Shown here one piece after another: positions 28,062-38,644 of a stretch of 64,000 bases of DNA. Numbering within the stretch: position 1 is the stretch's first letter; every line of letters starts with the position of its first letter. The translations under genes and the position numbers were made by a program. The notes beneath the pieces were generated by a model that searched no databases, was not told where the DNA came from, and was given only the letters and a program-made list of their open reading frames with translations. The stretch is from an uncultured Spirochaetota bacterium (lineage in GTDB: Bacteria > Spirochaetota > Brevinematia > Brevinematales > JAOACQ01). Location: positions 768,001 to 832,000 of the forward strand of contig CAVYGN010000002.1 of assembly GCA_963768055.1 (NCBI GenBank), in the 5' to 3' direction.

Positions 28062-30134
28062 TCAGTGCCCCTCAAGCAATTTCATGGAAGTTTTTATTAT
28101 ATTGTCCACTGTAAATCCGAAATGTTCCATGAGAACATTGCTGGGTGCAGAAGCCCCGAAATGGTCAATACAGATATATCCTCCGCTATCGCCTGCATAA
28201 CGTTGCCAGCCATGCGAGGCACCGGCCTCGATTACAAGCCTTTCTTTTACAGCCGGAGGCAGTATATATTCCCTGTATTTCCGCTCCTGCTCTGCGAATA
28301 ATTCCCAGCTCGGCATTGAAACGACCCTTGCAAAAATCTTGTTTAAGGCAAGGGCTTCTCTCGCGGAGATTGCCAGGCTGACTTCGGACCCTGTAGAAAT
28401 CAGGATAAGATCCGGGCGGTTTTTCCCGCCTTCAGCTTCGGCGAGTATGTAAGCTCCCCTTCTAAGCCCAACCGCCGGGCCGAACTTTGCCCTGTCGAAA
28501 ACAGGCAAATTCTGCCTGGATAATATAATAGCCACCGGGCGGTCTTTCATTTCGACAGCAGCTTTCCATGCCTCTGCCGTTTCGTTAGCGTCTCCCGGCC
28601 TTATAACAACCAGCCGGGGAATCGCTCGAAGGCATGAGAGCTGTTCTACAGGCTGGTGCGTCGGCCCGTCTTCACCGAGTCCTATACTGTCGTGAGTGAA
28701 TATATAAATTACATGGAGCCCCATCAAGGCGGCAAGACGGATCGTAGGCCGCATGTAATCCGAGAAAATCAGGAATGTAGCTCCATACGGTATAATTCCT
28801 CCATGTTCGGCCAGTCCGTTAAGAATAGCCCCCATTCCATGCTCTCTTACGCCGAAATGAATGTTTCTTCCCGAGTAATTCCAATCCCCTCCGGAAGTGC
28901 CCTGCCTGTCAATCGAAGCAATTTCAGGGTTTTCAAAATCCCCCAAACCCTTTAATACTGTAAAGGTTGAAGGATTCAGATCGGCTGATCCCCCGATTAG
29001 AAATTCCAGCCCGGGGGCTGTAATATTCATGATTCTGCCCAATGCGGTACGAGTCGCTATACCCTTTAGATCGGGATCAAATACCGGAATTTCCGAATCC
29101 CACCCTTTTGGTATCGAACCGTTAATCGTGCTTTTCAAGCCGGAAGCTAAATCGGGATAAACTCTTTCATAAGCTGACAATCTGTCATTCCATTCAGACT
29201 GGGCCAGATTGCCGCGCGGAATGGATTCTCTGAATAACGCAAGCACCTCTCCGGGAATATAAAACGGCGGATCTAATGGCCATCCCATAGCTTCTTTAGT
29301 CAGCCTGACTTCATCTGCACCTAATGGCGAGCCGTGAGCTTCGAATTTATCCTGCTTATTGGGAGAACCGTATCCAAGGTGAGTTTTTATCAGTATGAGG
29401 GAGGGACGATCGGTTATGTTTTTAGCAGTCGAAATGGCTGTATCTATAGCATCAAGATCGTTTCCATCATTAACGGATTGCGTGTGCCAGCCGTAGGCTT
29501 CAAAACGCATGGCACGGTTTTCTGTGAATGAAATATCCGTCGAAGCGGAAAGGGAAACCCGGTTGTCATCGTAAAGGCAGATCAGCTTCCCTAGTTTTAA
29601 ATGTCCTGCCAGCGAGGCTGCTTCAGCGGCGACTCCTTCCATAAGGTCTCCGTCGCTTGCGATTGTATAGGTATAATGATCGATGATTTTATGTCCGGGA
29701 CGGTTAAAACGGGCGGAAAGCCATGCCTCGGCTGCAGCTAAACCGACGCTGTTGCTAAAACCCTGTCCCAGCGGTCCGGTCGTCGCTTCGACCCCGGGTG
29801 TAACGCCGAATTCAGGATGCCCCGGCGTTTTGCTGTCCCACTGCCTGAATTGTTTAATATCATCAAGAGACAGATCGTACCCGGTCAGGTGAAGGAGGCT
29901 GTATAAAAGCATCGATCCATGTCCGGCCGACAAAACGAACCTGTCGCGATCGAACCACTTCGGGTCCGCCGGATTGTGCTTCAGAAATCTCGTCCAGAGT
30001 ATGTAAGCCATCGGCGCGGTTCCCATGGGCATTCCCGGATGCCCGCTTCCCGCTTTTTGAACCGCGTCTATGGCCAAAAAACGGATTGTGTTTATGGAGA
30101 GCCTATCCAATTCTTCTGCCAAGTCTGATTTCAT
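28062..30134 (-). CDS. tkt: Transketolase
   Basis: [57 protein letters not shown]. Confidence 0.97.
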   Translation of the reverse strand: MKSDLAEELDRLSINTIRFLAIDAVQKAGSGHPGMPMGTAPMAYILWTRFLKHNPADPKWFDRDRFVLSAGHGSMLLYSLLHLTGYDLSLDDIKQFRQWDSKTPGHPEFGVTPGVEATTGPLGQGFSNSVGLAAAEAWLSARFNRPGHKIIDHYTYTIASDGDLMEGVAAEAASLAGHLKLGKLICLYDDNRVSLSASTDISFTENRAMRFEAYGWHTQSVNDGNDLDAIDTAISTAKNITDRPSLILIKTHLGYGSPNKQDKFEAHGSPLGADEVRLTKEAMGWPLDPPFYIPGEVLALFRESIPRGNLAQSEWNDRLSAYERVYPDLASGLKSTINGSIPKGWDSEIPVFDPDLKGIATRTALGRIMNITAPGLEFLIGGSADLNPSTFTVLKGLGDFENPEIASIDRQGTSGGDWNYSGRNIHFGVREHGMGAILNGLAEHGGIIPYGATFLIFSDYMRPTIRLAALMGLHVIYIFTHDSIGLGEDGPTHQPVEQLSCLRAIPRLVVIRPGDANETAEAWKAAVEMKDRPVAIILSRQNLPVFDRAKFGPAVGLRRGAYILAEAEGGKNRPDLILISTGSEVSLAISAREALALNKIFARVVSMPSWELFAEQERKYREYILPPAVKERLVIEAGASHGWQRYAGDSGGYICIDHFGASAPSNVLMEHFGFTVDNIIKTSMKLLEGH

Positions 30135-31637
30135 TTAAAACCCCTTATGGAAATAATATCCTTCATTCCATTTTATCTCTTTTTTAAATTCATTGAGATT
30201 GGTATTGCTGTCAATAATAAGAAATTCAATGCCAGCTATATTTGCAAAATCTTCAAGCTGTTCACTTGTAACAGATTGGCTGAAGGAAGTGTGGTGGGCG
30301 CCGCCGGCATAAAGCCATGCCGCCGCCGCTGTTTTCAGATCGGGCCTTGGAATCCACAAGGCTCTCGCAACCGGCAAATTGGGAAGAGGGTAGTCGGGAG
30401 CTACTACATCTACTACATTAGCCAGCAATCTGAATCTGTTACCCATATCTATTAAAGAAGCGCAGACCGCCGGGCCGCTTTTCGCAGTAAATACAAGCCG
30501 TGCAGGATCTCCCTTTCCACCGATGGACAGAGGGTGGATTTCAAGGGAAGGTTTTTTGTCCGCAATGGATTCGCAAACTTCGAGCATATGCGCACCGAGA
30601 ACCTTTGGAGCTGTCCCGCCGAAATTATAAGTATAATCCTCCATAAAAGAAGTTCCGCCTGATAACCCTGATCCCATTACCTTCATAGCCCTCACAAGAG
30701 CCGCTGTTTTCCAGTCCCCCTCAGCGCCGAATCCGTACCCTTCAGCCATCAGGCGTTGAACGCCCAGTCCCGGCAATTGTTCAAGCCCGTAAAGATTTTC
30801 GAAGGTTGTCGTAAAAGCCTTTATATTGTTGTGTTTGAGGAATGCCCTTAATCCCGCTTCTATTCTGGCAGCCTCAAAGAGAGAATTAAAACGGGAATTG
30901 CCTTTTTTTAGAGACTCTTCAATATCATATTTGGATTCAAAGTCTGAAATCAGTGAATTAATTTCTTCATCAGAAACCTTTTTAATAAATTCGACAAGGT
31001 CGCCAAGGCCGTACCCGTTCACTGAATATCCGAGACGCATTTCTGCCTCAACTTTATCGCCTTCAGTTACAGCCACATCCCTCATATTGTCACCGAATCT
31101 CGCTATCTTTGCACCCTGAGCGTCCTGCCATGAACATGCAACCCTGCTCCATGAACCAATCTCGGCGATAACATCGGCATCCTGCCAGAAACCGACTATT
31201 ATTTTCCTGTTCAAACGCATTCTGCTGGTTATGAAACCGAATTCACGATCTCCATGTGCGGACTGGTTAAGGTTCATAAAATCCATATCTATTTCGGACC
31301 AGGGAATATCCCTGTTAAATTGAGTATGGAGATGCAGAAAAGGTTTGGAGAGTGCCTTTAATCCGGCGATCCACATTTTACCGGGTGAAAATGTATGCAT
31401 CCAGGTGATAATACCGGCACATTTTTTATCTGAATTTGCTTCAACGCATAGATCGTGAATCATTTCCGGATTGGTAAGTACAGGTTTAAAAACCACATTA
31501 ACGGGAATTGAATCAGAACCGGAAAATGTTGAAGAGATGATCTTTGCATGGTCGGCAACTTTTTTCAGAGTTTCTTCTCCGTATAGGTGCTGACTTCCGG
31601 TTACAAACCATATTTCATACTGTTTAAGATCTGTCAT
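30135..31637 (-). CDS. araA: L-arabinose isomerase
   Basis: [57 protein letters not shown]. Confidence 0.97.
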   Translation of the reverse strand: MTDLKQYEIWFVTGSQHLYGEETLKKVADHAKIISSTFSGSDSIPVNVVFKPVLTNPEMIHDLCVEANSDKKCAGIITWMHTFSPGKMWIAGLKALSKPFLHLHTQFNRDIPWSEIDMDFMNLNQSAHGDREFGFITSRMRLNRKIIVGFWQDADVIAEIGSWSRVACSWQDAQGAKIARFGDNMRDVAVTEGDKVEAEMRLGYSVNGYGLGDLVEFIKKVSDEEINSLISDFESKYDIEESLKKGNSRFNSLFEAARIEAGLRAFLKHNNIKAFTTTFENLYGLEQLPGLGVQRLMAEGYGFGAEGDWKTAALVRAMKVMGSGLSGGTSFMEDYTYNFGGTAPKVLGAHMLEVCESIADKKPSLEIHPLSIGGKGDPARLVFTAKSGPAVCASLIDMGNRFRLLANVVDVVAPDYPLPNLPVARALWIPRPDLKTAAAAWLYAGGAHHTSFSQSVTSEQLEDFANIAGIEFLIIDSNTNLNEFKKEIKWNEGYYFHKGF

Positions 31638-31733
31638 ATGCCAATCCTCCTTATAATCTTCAAACCAGGCTTTACAGGAAGCGGGTTGGCAACTGCGGAA
31701 ATAATGATTCTAAGCGATATGAATAACCTTTTT

Positions 31734-31762
31734 ATTTTAGTTCAGGATGATTATTTTTGCAA
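31734..31762 (-). promoter_or_regulatory. Sigma-70-like promoter of araA-tkt-egsA
   Basis: TTGCAA-N17-TAAAAT on the minus strand. Confidence 0.6.
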
Positions 31763-31774
31763 TAAAATAAACAA

Positions 31775-32605
31775 CTATTTCTTTTGCAAATTCGATAAAG
31801 TTTCTCCAAAAATTGGATTGGAATGTGGAAAAGGAGGAATATATTCGGTTTCACCACCTATCGCGCGATTTAAATAAAAAAGGTAATGAACAGTATGGTT
31901 CTGGGTCTCGAAAATACAGTCGAGGAAACGAAGAGAATCGCCCGGCATTTGTTTGATAAGGTCGCTCACCTTCAGGCGGTTCAAGAATTTATCCATTCTC
32001 GTACGGATATTATAAAAGTAATCCCGGATATTAACGAAGGGCCTGTGGACGATCCTTCCAGGTTGAAAGCTGTAATCGTAAAAACGGTCGATAATTTCGC
32101 TGTCGCTAACGCCTCTGGCTTCCAGAAAATAGTCCGGATAACCGGCTGGACGGAGGACCCATTTGTCGATAAAACTTAATATTAACAGGATGTACCGCCA
32201 TAATTGCTTTCCGCTGATTTCCCGGTTCCAGAATTCTTTATTTGTATCCCGTATAAAATCCTCTATATCCCATAAAAGGAAATTAATGTGGCTTGAAATT
32301 GTTTCCAATGAACCGTAAGTTCCGCTTGCAATTCCGGGAAGGTTATCTGAGAGTATAGTATTTTTTCGACTTTTGAGAATACTTCCGGTCTTGATATATG
32401 CATCGTATTCGCTTTTTTTTACCGGATCGATCAGAACCCTGTAAGCGTTATTGATCACTTTAAATTTAGTCTCGGATTCCGGAGAATTGTTGTTTTTGTC
32501 CGGGTGGTAAAGCAGAGCCAGTTTCCTGAATGATGATTTTATAACTTCAATAGAAGCATTTTCAGGTATGTTAAGGATTTCATAGTATGTGGAATATGTC
32601 ATCAT
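31775..32605 (-). CDS. J-domain (class C DnaJ-like) protein with unrecognised C-terminal domain
   Basis: TYYEILNI...FRKLALLYHPDKN...FKVINNAYRVLIDPVKKSEYD; probable ATG at 32605 or 32602. Confidence 0.85.
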   Translation of the reverse strand: MMTYSTYYEILNIPENASIEVIKSSFRKLALLYHPDKNNNSPESETKFKVINNAYRVLIDPVKKSEYDAYIKTGSILKSRKNTILSDNLPGIASGTYGSLETISSHINFLLWDIEDFIRDTNKEFWNREISGKQLWRYILLILSFIDKWVLRPAGYPDYFLEARGVSDSEIIDRFYDYSFQPGRIVHRPFVNIRDYFYNIRTRMDKFLNRLKVSDLIKQMPGDSLRFLDCIFETQNHTVHYLFYLNRAIGGETEYIPPFPHSNPIFGETLSNLQKK

Positions 32606-32669
32606 AAACTCTATTATTACGCGGCCGGCTAGGCGCAACCAGCGAGAGGCAGGTTGGAACTTTTGCCGG

Positions 32670-33368
32670 TTACCGCGTATGCCGAATCTCGGCTTCACTT
32701 TTTCTTAAATAAACAGGCACTATCCTGCCGGGATCAAAATCTTCTTCTTTAGCAGGCAAGTTATATGCTATATCGCAGATTGCGCCGCCGGATATTACTG
32801 CGCCGGGGATATGTACGCAATCCTTGCCCGGTATTTTTATAAAATAATTCATGTACTTTGTCAAGCCATCTCCAAGAAAGATAACGGTTTTATTTTTTCG
32901 ACGCTTTATAATAAGAGCAAGTTCGCCGGGTTCAATATCATAATCTTCGGTAATCCTTTTGCCGCCCTCGAAAAGGGCCGTGAAAACTTTATTAAGTCTT
33001 GCGTCAATAAGGGGAATTACAAGAGGTTTGTTAAAAAACAAGGCTGCCGGAATAGATTTAACAAGCAATTCCAGGGAAGAAAGCCCGACGATCCTTTTTT
33101 TTAGGGCCCATGCAATGGATTTGGCGGTTGTTATTCCTATTCTAAGCCCTGTAAAGGAACCCGGGCCGACGCCGACGGCGATAACATCGATATCCTGCAA
33201 GGACTTTTTTAGTATATCAAGACCTGCATTGACGGAGTAGAGTAATTTTTCTTCCTGGCTTAATGGAGCCTTGATATGCATTTCAAGCCTGCAGTGGTGA
33301 GGAACTGAAAAGTACAAACCTATTGCAGTGTCCTCGAGGAAAGAGGTATCTATCCCTAAAATATTCAT
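32670..33368 (-). CDS. tsaB: tRNA threonylcarbamoyladenosine biosynthesis protein TsaB
   Basis: ILGIDTS; GVGPGSFTGLRIG; IDAR; PVYLRKSEAE. Confidence 0.95.
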   Translation of the reverse strand: MNILGIDTSFLEDTAIGLYFSVPHHCRLEMHIKAPLSQEEKLLYSVNAGLDILKKSLQDIDVIAVGVGPGSFTGLRIGITTAKSIAWALKKRIVGLSSLELLVKSIPAALFFNKPLVIPLIDARLNKVFTALFEGGKRITEDYDIEPGELALIIKRRKNKTVIFLGDGLTKYMNYFIKIPGKDCVHIPGAVISGGAICDIAYNLPAKEEDFDPGRIVPVYLRKSEAEIRHTR

Positions 33369-33387
33369 AAATATTAATTACCCTTGG

Positions 33388-33933
33388 TTACTTTTTTTGA
33401 AAAATGGAAAGGGATGTGTCTCCATATCGTTTTTCGATAATAAAAAAAGGATATTCGGAGAAATTATTCTTATTTCCATGCTCAAGAATAAATATACCAT
33501 TATTTTTTAATAATGAGAGGGTAATTTTGTATAATTCGTCAAAGTGATACTCCACATCCCTGTAGAACGGATCGGCGAATATTATATCAAAAGGTTCAAT
33601 CGGGGAATTAGTGAAAAGTTCGCCAAGTTGAAGTACATTATGCTTGATATAACGGTATCTTTCCTTATCTTGAACAATAGAATCCAAGTTTTTTTTTAAA
33701 AACATATAATTCTTTTTAGCGTCTTCCACAAAGCAGGAAAATGCGGCTCCGTTTGAAAGAGCTTCTATGCCTATAGCGCCGCTTCCGCAGTAAAGATCTA
33801 AAAACCTTGAACCGTTGATGATACTCTGAATGATATTCATTACCGCAAGCCTGACTTTGTCTGCGGTTGGTTTGATGCCGGATTTCGGGATCATAAGTGT
33901 TTGGCCCTTAAATATGCCTGAAGATATCCGCAT
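33388..33933 (-). CDS. rsmD: 16S rRNA (guanine966-N2)-methyltransferase RsmD
   Basis: MRISSGIFKG; KPTADKVR; LDLYCGSGAIGIEALSNGA; DIIFADPFY; YGDT. Confidence 0.9.
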   Translation of the reverse strand: MRISSGIFKGQTLMIPKSGIKPTADKVRLAVMNIIQSIINGSRFLDLYCGSGAIGIEALSNGAAFSCFVEDAKKNYMFLKKNLDSIVQDKERYRYIKHNVLQLGELFTNSPIEPFDIIFADPFYRDVEYHFDELYKITLSLLKNNGIFILEHGNKNNFSEYPFFIIEKRYGDTSLSIFQKK

Positions 33934-33936
33934 TTA

Positions 33937-34644
33937 TTATCCTTCCTGAATGATGGTCCCGACATTGTCTCCGGATATTGCATTTTTTATATTTCCCTCT
34001 GTAAAAATATTAAGGACCATGATCGGAAGTTTGTTATCCATACATAAAGTTATTGCTGTTGAATCCATGATTTTAAGTTTTTTGTTAAGGACTTCCTGAT
34101 ATGAGATCTTTTCATACCTTTCAGCTTCCGGAAATTTTTTAGGGTCTTTAGTATAAACTCCGTCTACTTTAGTCGCCTTCATCATAATCTCTGCGTTGAT
34201 CTCGATAGCCCTTAGAACTGCTGCGGTATCTGTTGAAAAATATGGATTGCCGGTACCTCCTGCAAATATTACTATGCGTCCCTTTTCGAGGTGGCGTATG
34301 GCCCGTCTTCGAATAAAAGGTTCCGCCACAGACGCTACATTTATCGCCGATTGAACGCGAGTCTGAACTTTATATTTTTCTTCCAGTACGGATTGGAGTG
34401 CAAGGGAGTTGATAATTGTCGCAAGCATTCCCATATAATCGGCTGTAGTCCTGAGTACGCCGAAATTGCCCGCATCAGTGCCTCTGATTATATTGCCGCC
34501 GCCGACCACTACGCCGAGGGACACATCCAGTTCCGAGGCATCGGATATTTGCTTGGCGACTTCGCTTATCGCGTTGTAATCGAGACCGTCTTTCTCGCCC
34601 CCGAAAACCTCACCGCTGACCTTTAATAAAACTTTTTTATACAT
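33937..34644 (-). CDS. pyrH: Uridylate kinase
   Basis: ATG 34644 with AAGGAG SD; LLKVSGE; GGGNIIRG; DYMGMLAT; GTGNPYFSTDT. Confidence 0.96.
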   Translation of the reverse strand: MYKKVLLKVSGEVFGGEKDGLDYNAISEVAKQISDASELDVSLGVVVGGGNIIRGTDAGNFGVLRTTADYMGMLATIINSLALQSVLEEKYKVQTRVQSAINVASVAEPFIRRRAIRHLEKGRIVIFAGGTGNPYFSTDTAAVLRAIEINAEIMMKATKVDGVYTKDPKKFPEAERYEKISYQEVLNKKLKIMDSTAITLCMDNKLPIMVLNIFTEGNIKNAISGDNVGTIIQEG

Positions 34645-34673
34645 ACGACACTCCTTTTTTTCTAAGGAATGCA

Positions 34674-34749
34674 AAATAAAGGCGGGCCCCTCACCGCTTT
34701 GTCTGGCTTACTTTGTTAGGGCCAACAAACTGGTGAGGGGGCCCGCTTT
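34674..34749 (-). terminator. Long hairpin plus U-rich tail between tsf and pyrH
   Basis: GCGGGCCCCCTCACC...GGTGAGGGGCCCGC followed by CTTTATTTT on the minus strand. Confidence 0.6.
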
Positions 34750-34771
34750 CAATAATGTATTTATTACAATT

Positions 34772-35590
34772 TTACAGAGAGACCCTTATAAAGGAATTAA
34801 CTTTAAGAGGTATGCCCTTTTCTTTAACAAATTCTTCAAGGACCTGCCCCACCTTTTTCTCCTCGTCGAGAATATACATCTGTTCAAGCAGTACATTTTC
34901 GTTGTAATACTTTTCAAGCTTACCCTTTACAATATTTTCAATGATTTTTTCGGGTTTGCCCGTCGCCTTGGCTTCTTCGGTAAAAGTTTTTTTAAGTTCG
35001 GCAACTATGTTTAGAGGAATAGTTTTTGATTCGACCGCAACCGGATTCATGGCTGTGATCTGCATCGCTATATTTTTCATCATCTGCTTGACTTCTTCGT
35101 TGATTTTGCCTGCTTCGAAGTCGGCGATCACTGCAACTTTCCCTAAATGCAGATATGGGAATAAATCTTTTCCCTTCATTATAAAACGCCATTCGGAAAC
35201 AAGAATATTCTCTCCCAGTTTAGCGATAATGTTTCTCCTGAGGTTCTCTACATCGTCAGGAAGAGTGGCTGAAAAAGGATATTCTTTACTGAAAATGACG
35301 TCTTTAACCTCGCTCACGAATTTTTTAAAATCATCGGTTTGTGCGACAAAATCGGTTTCGCAATTTACTTTCAGAATAAGGCCTTTGTCCTTTCCGCACT
35401 CATATACGACTAAACCTTCTTTTGCTTCCCTGCCGGCTTTTTTATCGGCTTTTCCCAGGCCCTTTTTTTTGAGAATTTCGACCGCTTTATCCACATCTCC
35501 TTTCGTTTCCTTAAGGGTAAGCTTGCAGTCGACTACACCGGCCCCGGTCTTTTCTTTTACTTCTTTTATCAAATTAATGCTGATTTCCAT
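34772..35590 (-). CDS. tsf: Elongation factor Ts
   Basis: KEKTGAGVVDCK; KKAGREAKEG; VNCETDFVA; GKPEKIIENIVKGK. Confidence 0.96.
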   Translation of the reverse strand: MEISINLIKEVKEKTGAGVVDCKLTLKETKGDVDKAVEILKKKGLGKADKKAGREAKEGLVVYECGKDKGLILKVNCETDFVAQTDDFKKFVSEVKDVIFSKEYPFSATLPDDVENLRRNIIAKLGENILVSEWRFIMKGKDLFPYLHLGKVAVIADFEAGKINEEVKQMMKNIAMQITAMNPVAVESKTIPLNIVAELKKTFTEEAKATGKPEKIIENIVKGKLEKYYNENVLLEQMYILDEEKKVGQVLEEFVKEKGIPLKVNSFIRVSL

Positions 35591-35603
35591 TAACGGCTCC
35601 TGC

Positions 35604-36416
35604 TTAATCCTTTTTGATTAGGGCGTCTTCAATATCTTCAACTTCTTCATATTCGGCCGGGGTTTCAACTTCGCTGGCCATTGTTTCTTCAATAGCTTCT
35701 TCCGCGTCTTTTTTAGCGGCAAAAGTGGAACCCTCGATAACTGCGTCCGCCATAATCGATGTCAGGAGTTTTACAGATCTTATAGCATCGTCGTTTCCCG
35801 GGACTATGTAATCAAGCAGATCGGGGTCGCAGTTTGTGTCGGCTATGCCGAAGACCTTTACTCCCAGCGCTTTAGCTTCAAGAACCGCATTGATCTCTCT
35901 TTTTATATCGACGATCCATATCGCGTTAGGTATTCTTTTCATGTCGCGCAAACCCTCGTAAAAGGATTTCATTTTGGTGATTTCCCTTTCAATTTCAAGG
36001 GCCTCTCTTTTTGAGATGGTTTCCCTTTCACTTTCTAATTTCTTTTCAAGCCTTTTCATCTTATCTATACTTTTTCTTATCGTTGAATAATTAGTGAGGG
36101 TACCGCCCAGCCATCTCTTTGTTACATACGGCATTCCGCATCTTGCAGCTTCTTCGAATACTGAAACCTGGGCCTGTTTTTTTGTTCCCACGAATAAGAC
36201 AAGCCCTTCCTGTGATATTATTTCTTTTAGTGCGGTATAAGCTGTTTTCAGCTTCTCCATTGTATGCCTTAAATCTATAATATAAATACCGTTTCTTTTC
36301 ACAAAGATAAAGGGTTTCATCTTGGGGTTCCATCTTTTTGTCTGATGCCCGAAATGGACTCCGGCCTCAAGCAAACCGCTCATAAGTTCTTTTTCATCGT
36401 AAATTATACTAGCCAT
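35604..36416 (-). CDS. rpsB: 30S ribosomal protein S2
   Basis: LLEAGVHFGHQTKRWNPKM; RWLGGTLTN; DTNCDPD; PGNDDAIRS. Confidence 0.98.
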   Translation of the reverse strand: MASIIYDEKELMSGLLEAGVHFGHQTKRWNPKMKPFIFVKRNGIYIIDLRHTMEKLKTAYTALKEIISQEGLVLFVGTKKQAQVSVFEEAARCGMPYVTKRWLGGTLTNYSTIRKSIDKMKRLEKKLESERETISKREALEIEREITKMKSFYEGLRDMKRIPNAIWIVDIKREINAVLEAKALGVKVFGIADTNCDPDLLDYIVPGNDDAIRSVKLLTSIMADAVIEGSTFAAKKDAEEAIEETMASEVETPAEYEEVEDIEDALIKKD

Positions 36417-36453
36417 ACCCTATAATGCCTCCATGAGGAATTTATTGACATTT

Positions 36454-36482
36454 AATTTAAGAGGAATGGAGGTTTTTGTCAA
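36454..36482 (-). promoter_or_regulatory. Sigma-70-like promoter of rpsB
   Basis: TTGACA-N17-TAAATT; the -35 overlaps the upstream stop codon. Confidence 0.6.
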
Positions 36483-37732
36483 ATTTTATCAGCGTATCTT
36501 CCATATAATCTGTAAAATAGACTGAAATTATTATTTTTTACTGAATTAAGAAAAAAGGGAATAGACGCATCAGCGCCTTGCATAAACGAATAAAAATCTA
36601 AAATCTCTGAAAATCCTCCCTCTGTATTACCGGTAATTTCATACGGAGAAGCTATTACAAATTTTGTTCCGTTTTCAAGAAGGTTTAAAATAACCCCGTC
36701 GGTCTCAAGTCCTGTAAAACAGCAATTCAGAAAAGCCATATGAACTCTTTTTGAATAAAATACACGGTCTGTTAATACTTTATTGAGCTCAATCATCCCT
36801 TTACCGCTATGTATTTCCCCATGCCCGGAAAAATGGAAATAGCATGAATTCCTGACCTCATATTTACAGCCCTGATATGCTTCATCGCTGATCGCTTCAA
36901 TATCGAAACGGTTTTCCAGGAGTTTTTTAAGGGAGTTTATTTCCCCTGTGTTATCAATTTTGTTTGAAAAAATTATTGTAAAATTTTGGGTTAAATGGGC
37001 AGGTTCCCTTACAGGCATTGGCAGAAGATACTGTACAATGGTACGGTTTAGAATTTCAAGGGGCAGATAAATTCCCTTTCCGTTTATATAAACGTCAAGG
37101 AGTGAATAATCGTTCCTGCCGCAATTCTCAGGAGCAAGGGGGATGCCGAGTTTAATAAATATATTTTCAATCATTTCCCTGATTATTGTTTTTATTTCAT
37201 CGATTTGTGAAATATTTGAATTTTTTATGGCTGTATCGATTTCCTTTCGCAGGCCGTGAAGTTCTTCCTGTAAACCGATCCATTTTTCCCATTGTAAATA
37301 GTTTTCAATAAAAATTTCATCCTGAGTATTGTGATAAATGAAACGGATATAAGATCCTTTTTTTATTCTGATATTAAGTACCGGAGGCCTTGCCCTGGCA
37401 AGGGACGAACCGATAGAGATCCATCCCAAGGCCGTATTTTCGGGAACGATATGGTATCTTTTCTGAGAGAAAAGGGATTCATAAACGCCCCGGCTGATTG
37501 CCGTTTTATTATATTCTGAAAAACGTATCGAAAGTTTTTTTGAAGGGCCTCCTGAAGCTCCCGTGCGGGATGTTTCAAGGCCAAATACTCTAAATTTTGT
37601 AACCTGTTCATTATCGAAGACGTGGATTAAATCGCCGGTTTTTATGAATTTTTCAAGATTCCCTGCCAGTCCATTGTCTATAAAAATATAGCGTCCGAGA
37701 ATTTTAATTTCCTGGGAACGTATACAGATCAT
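36479..37732 (-). CDS. Hypothetical protein with C-terminal CHAT (caspase-like) domain
   Basis: LPLEIL; YFHFSGHG; AFLNCCFTG; LLENGTKFVIASPYEI; FYSFM; YRLYG. Confidence 0.7.
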   Translation of the reverse strand: MICIRSQEIKILGRYIFIDNGLAGNLEKFIKTGDLIHVFDNEQVTKFRVFGLETSRTGASGGPSKKLSIRFSEYNKTAISRGVYESLFSQKRYHIVPENTALGWISIGSSLARARPPVLNIRIKKGSYIRFIYHNTQDEIFIENYLQWEKWIGLQEELHGLRKEIDTAIKNSNISQIDEIKTIIREMIENIFIKLGIPLAPENCGRNDYSLLDVYINGKGIYLPLEILNRTIVQYLLPMPVREPAHLTQNFTIIFSNKIDNTGEINSLKKLLENRFDIEAISDEAYQGCKYEVRNSCYFHFSGHGEIHSGKGMIELNKVLTDRVFYSKRVHMAFLNCCFTGLETDGVILNLLENGTKFVIASPYEITGNTEGGFSEILDFYSFMQGADASIPFFLNSVKNNNFSLFYRLYGRYADKI

Positions 37733-37737
37733 AAATT

Positions 37738-38622
37738 CTACGGCGACTTTACAACAATTACCTGGGATTCGTTGATTTTCTTGACGGATTTCGGATTTGC
37801 AAAAAGCCTAGCCGCATCCTGATTGTTCAGAACAAAACTTGTATTCATTTTTCCGGTAAGGCTGAACGGTATAGTGTAAAAAACCCTTTCCCCGGACCTG
37901 GGGGAGATAAAAGCATTGTAAAGGCTTGTGGTATATTCACAAATACCGAGTTTTTCCAGGTACGATTTGTCAACCGTTTCGGGTCCATAAAGCAGAATGC
38001 CGTCCTCATCAAATATCCTCATCTGAATACTCGGATTGAATTCCTTGTATGAGAGCGTATCGATTATCAAACCGTCGAAATATTCTGTATCTTTGGTTTC
38101 CGGCTGCACATAATTGGTTAATTCCTTTTTTTCCAGATCGCGGAAAAAAACAGCGGCGATACCGTTCTTGCCGAAAATCGAAAGTTCGGCTATTCCGTAT
38201 ACTGTTTTCTCTTTTTCAATCATCGGGTAATAAACCGCTTTATCTGCATAAGATATTATTTCATACCTGACATCGTTTTTTATTGAATAGTAATCTTTAA
38301 GCAGGTATAAATCGGAAACCCTTACATAACCCATCGCCTTTATAAGGTTTTGGCGAAGTTCATCCCTTACCTGGGATTCGTAATCATTAATAATCTTCCC
38401 GATATTAGGGCTGTCTTCTTTTATATCGATTGAAATTTCTGTTCTTACAATACCGGCCGTCCAGTCGATGATGCTGTTATAATCCGGGATATTTTCAACA
38501 AGGTCGCTTTTTGAATTACTTGCGCTATTCCATGTTTCTGTAGCCGTATTTTGAGCATAATAAGAAGAATTAAAAATGAATAAAAACCCGGTTAAAAAAA
38601 GTGAAAAAAATAAACGATTCAA
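37738..38622 (-). CDS. Exported protein, LPP20-like C-terminal domain
   Basis: TTG start after GGGAG; signal peptide; IDWTAG; FDGLIIDT...FNPSIQMRIFDEDGILLYGPETVD...GICEY. Confidence 0.65.
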   Translation of the reverse strand: MNRLFFSLFLTGFLFIFNSSYYAQNTATETWNSASNSKSDLVENIPDYNSIIDWTAGIVRTEISIDIKEDSPNIGKIINDYESQVRDELRQNLIKAMGYVRVSDLYLLKDYYSIKNDVRYEIISYADKAVYYPMIEKEKTVYGIAELSIFGKNGIAAVFFRDLEKKELTNYVQPETKDTEYFDGLIIDTLSYKEFNPSIQMRIFDEDGILLYGPETVDKSYLEKLGICEYTTSLYNAFISPRSGERVFYTIPFSLTGKMNTSFVLNNQDAARLFANPKSVKKINESQVIVVKSP

Positions 38623-38644
38623 TTATAAACTCCCGATCTTATTA

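Noticed and set aside
34941..35621. 226-aa + strand ORF
   Set aside because: It is antisense to tsf with Ser/Phe/Leu-rich mirror composition and no motif. The same applies to 19328-19891, 23931-24425 and 16086-16577.
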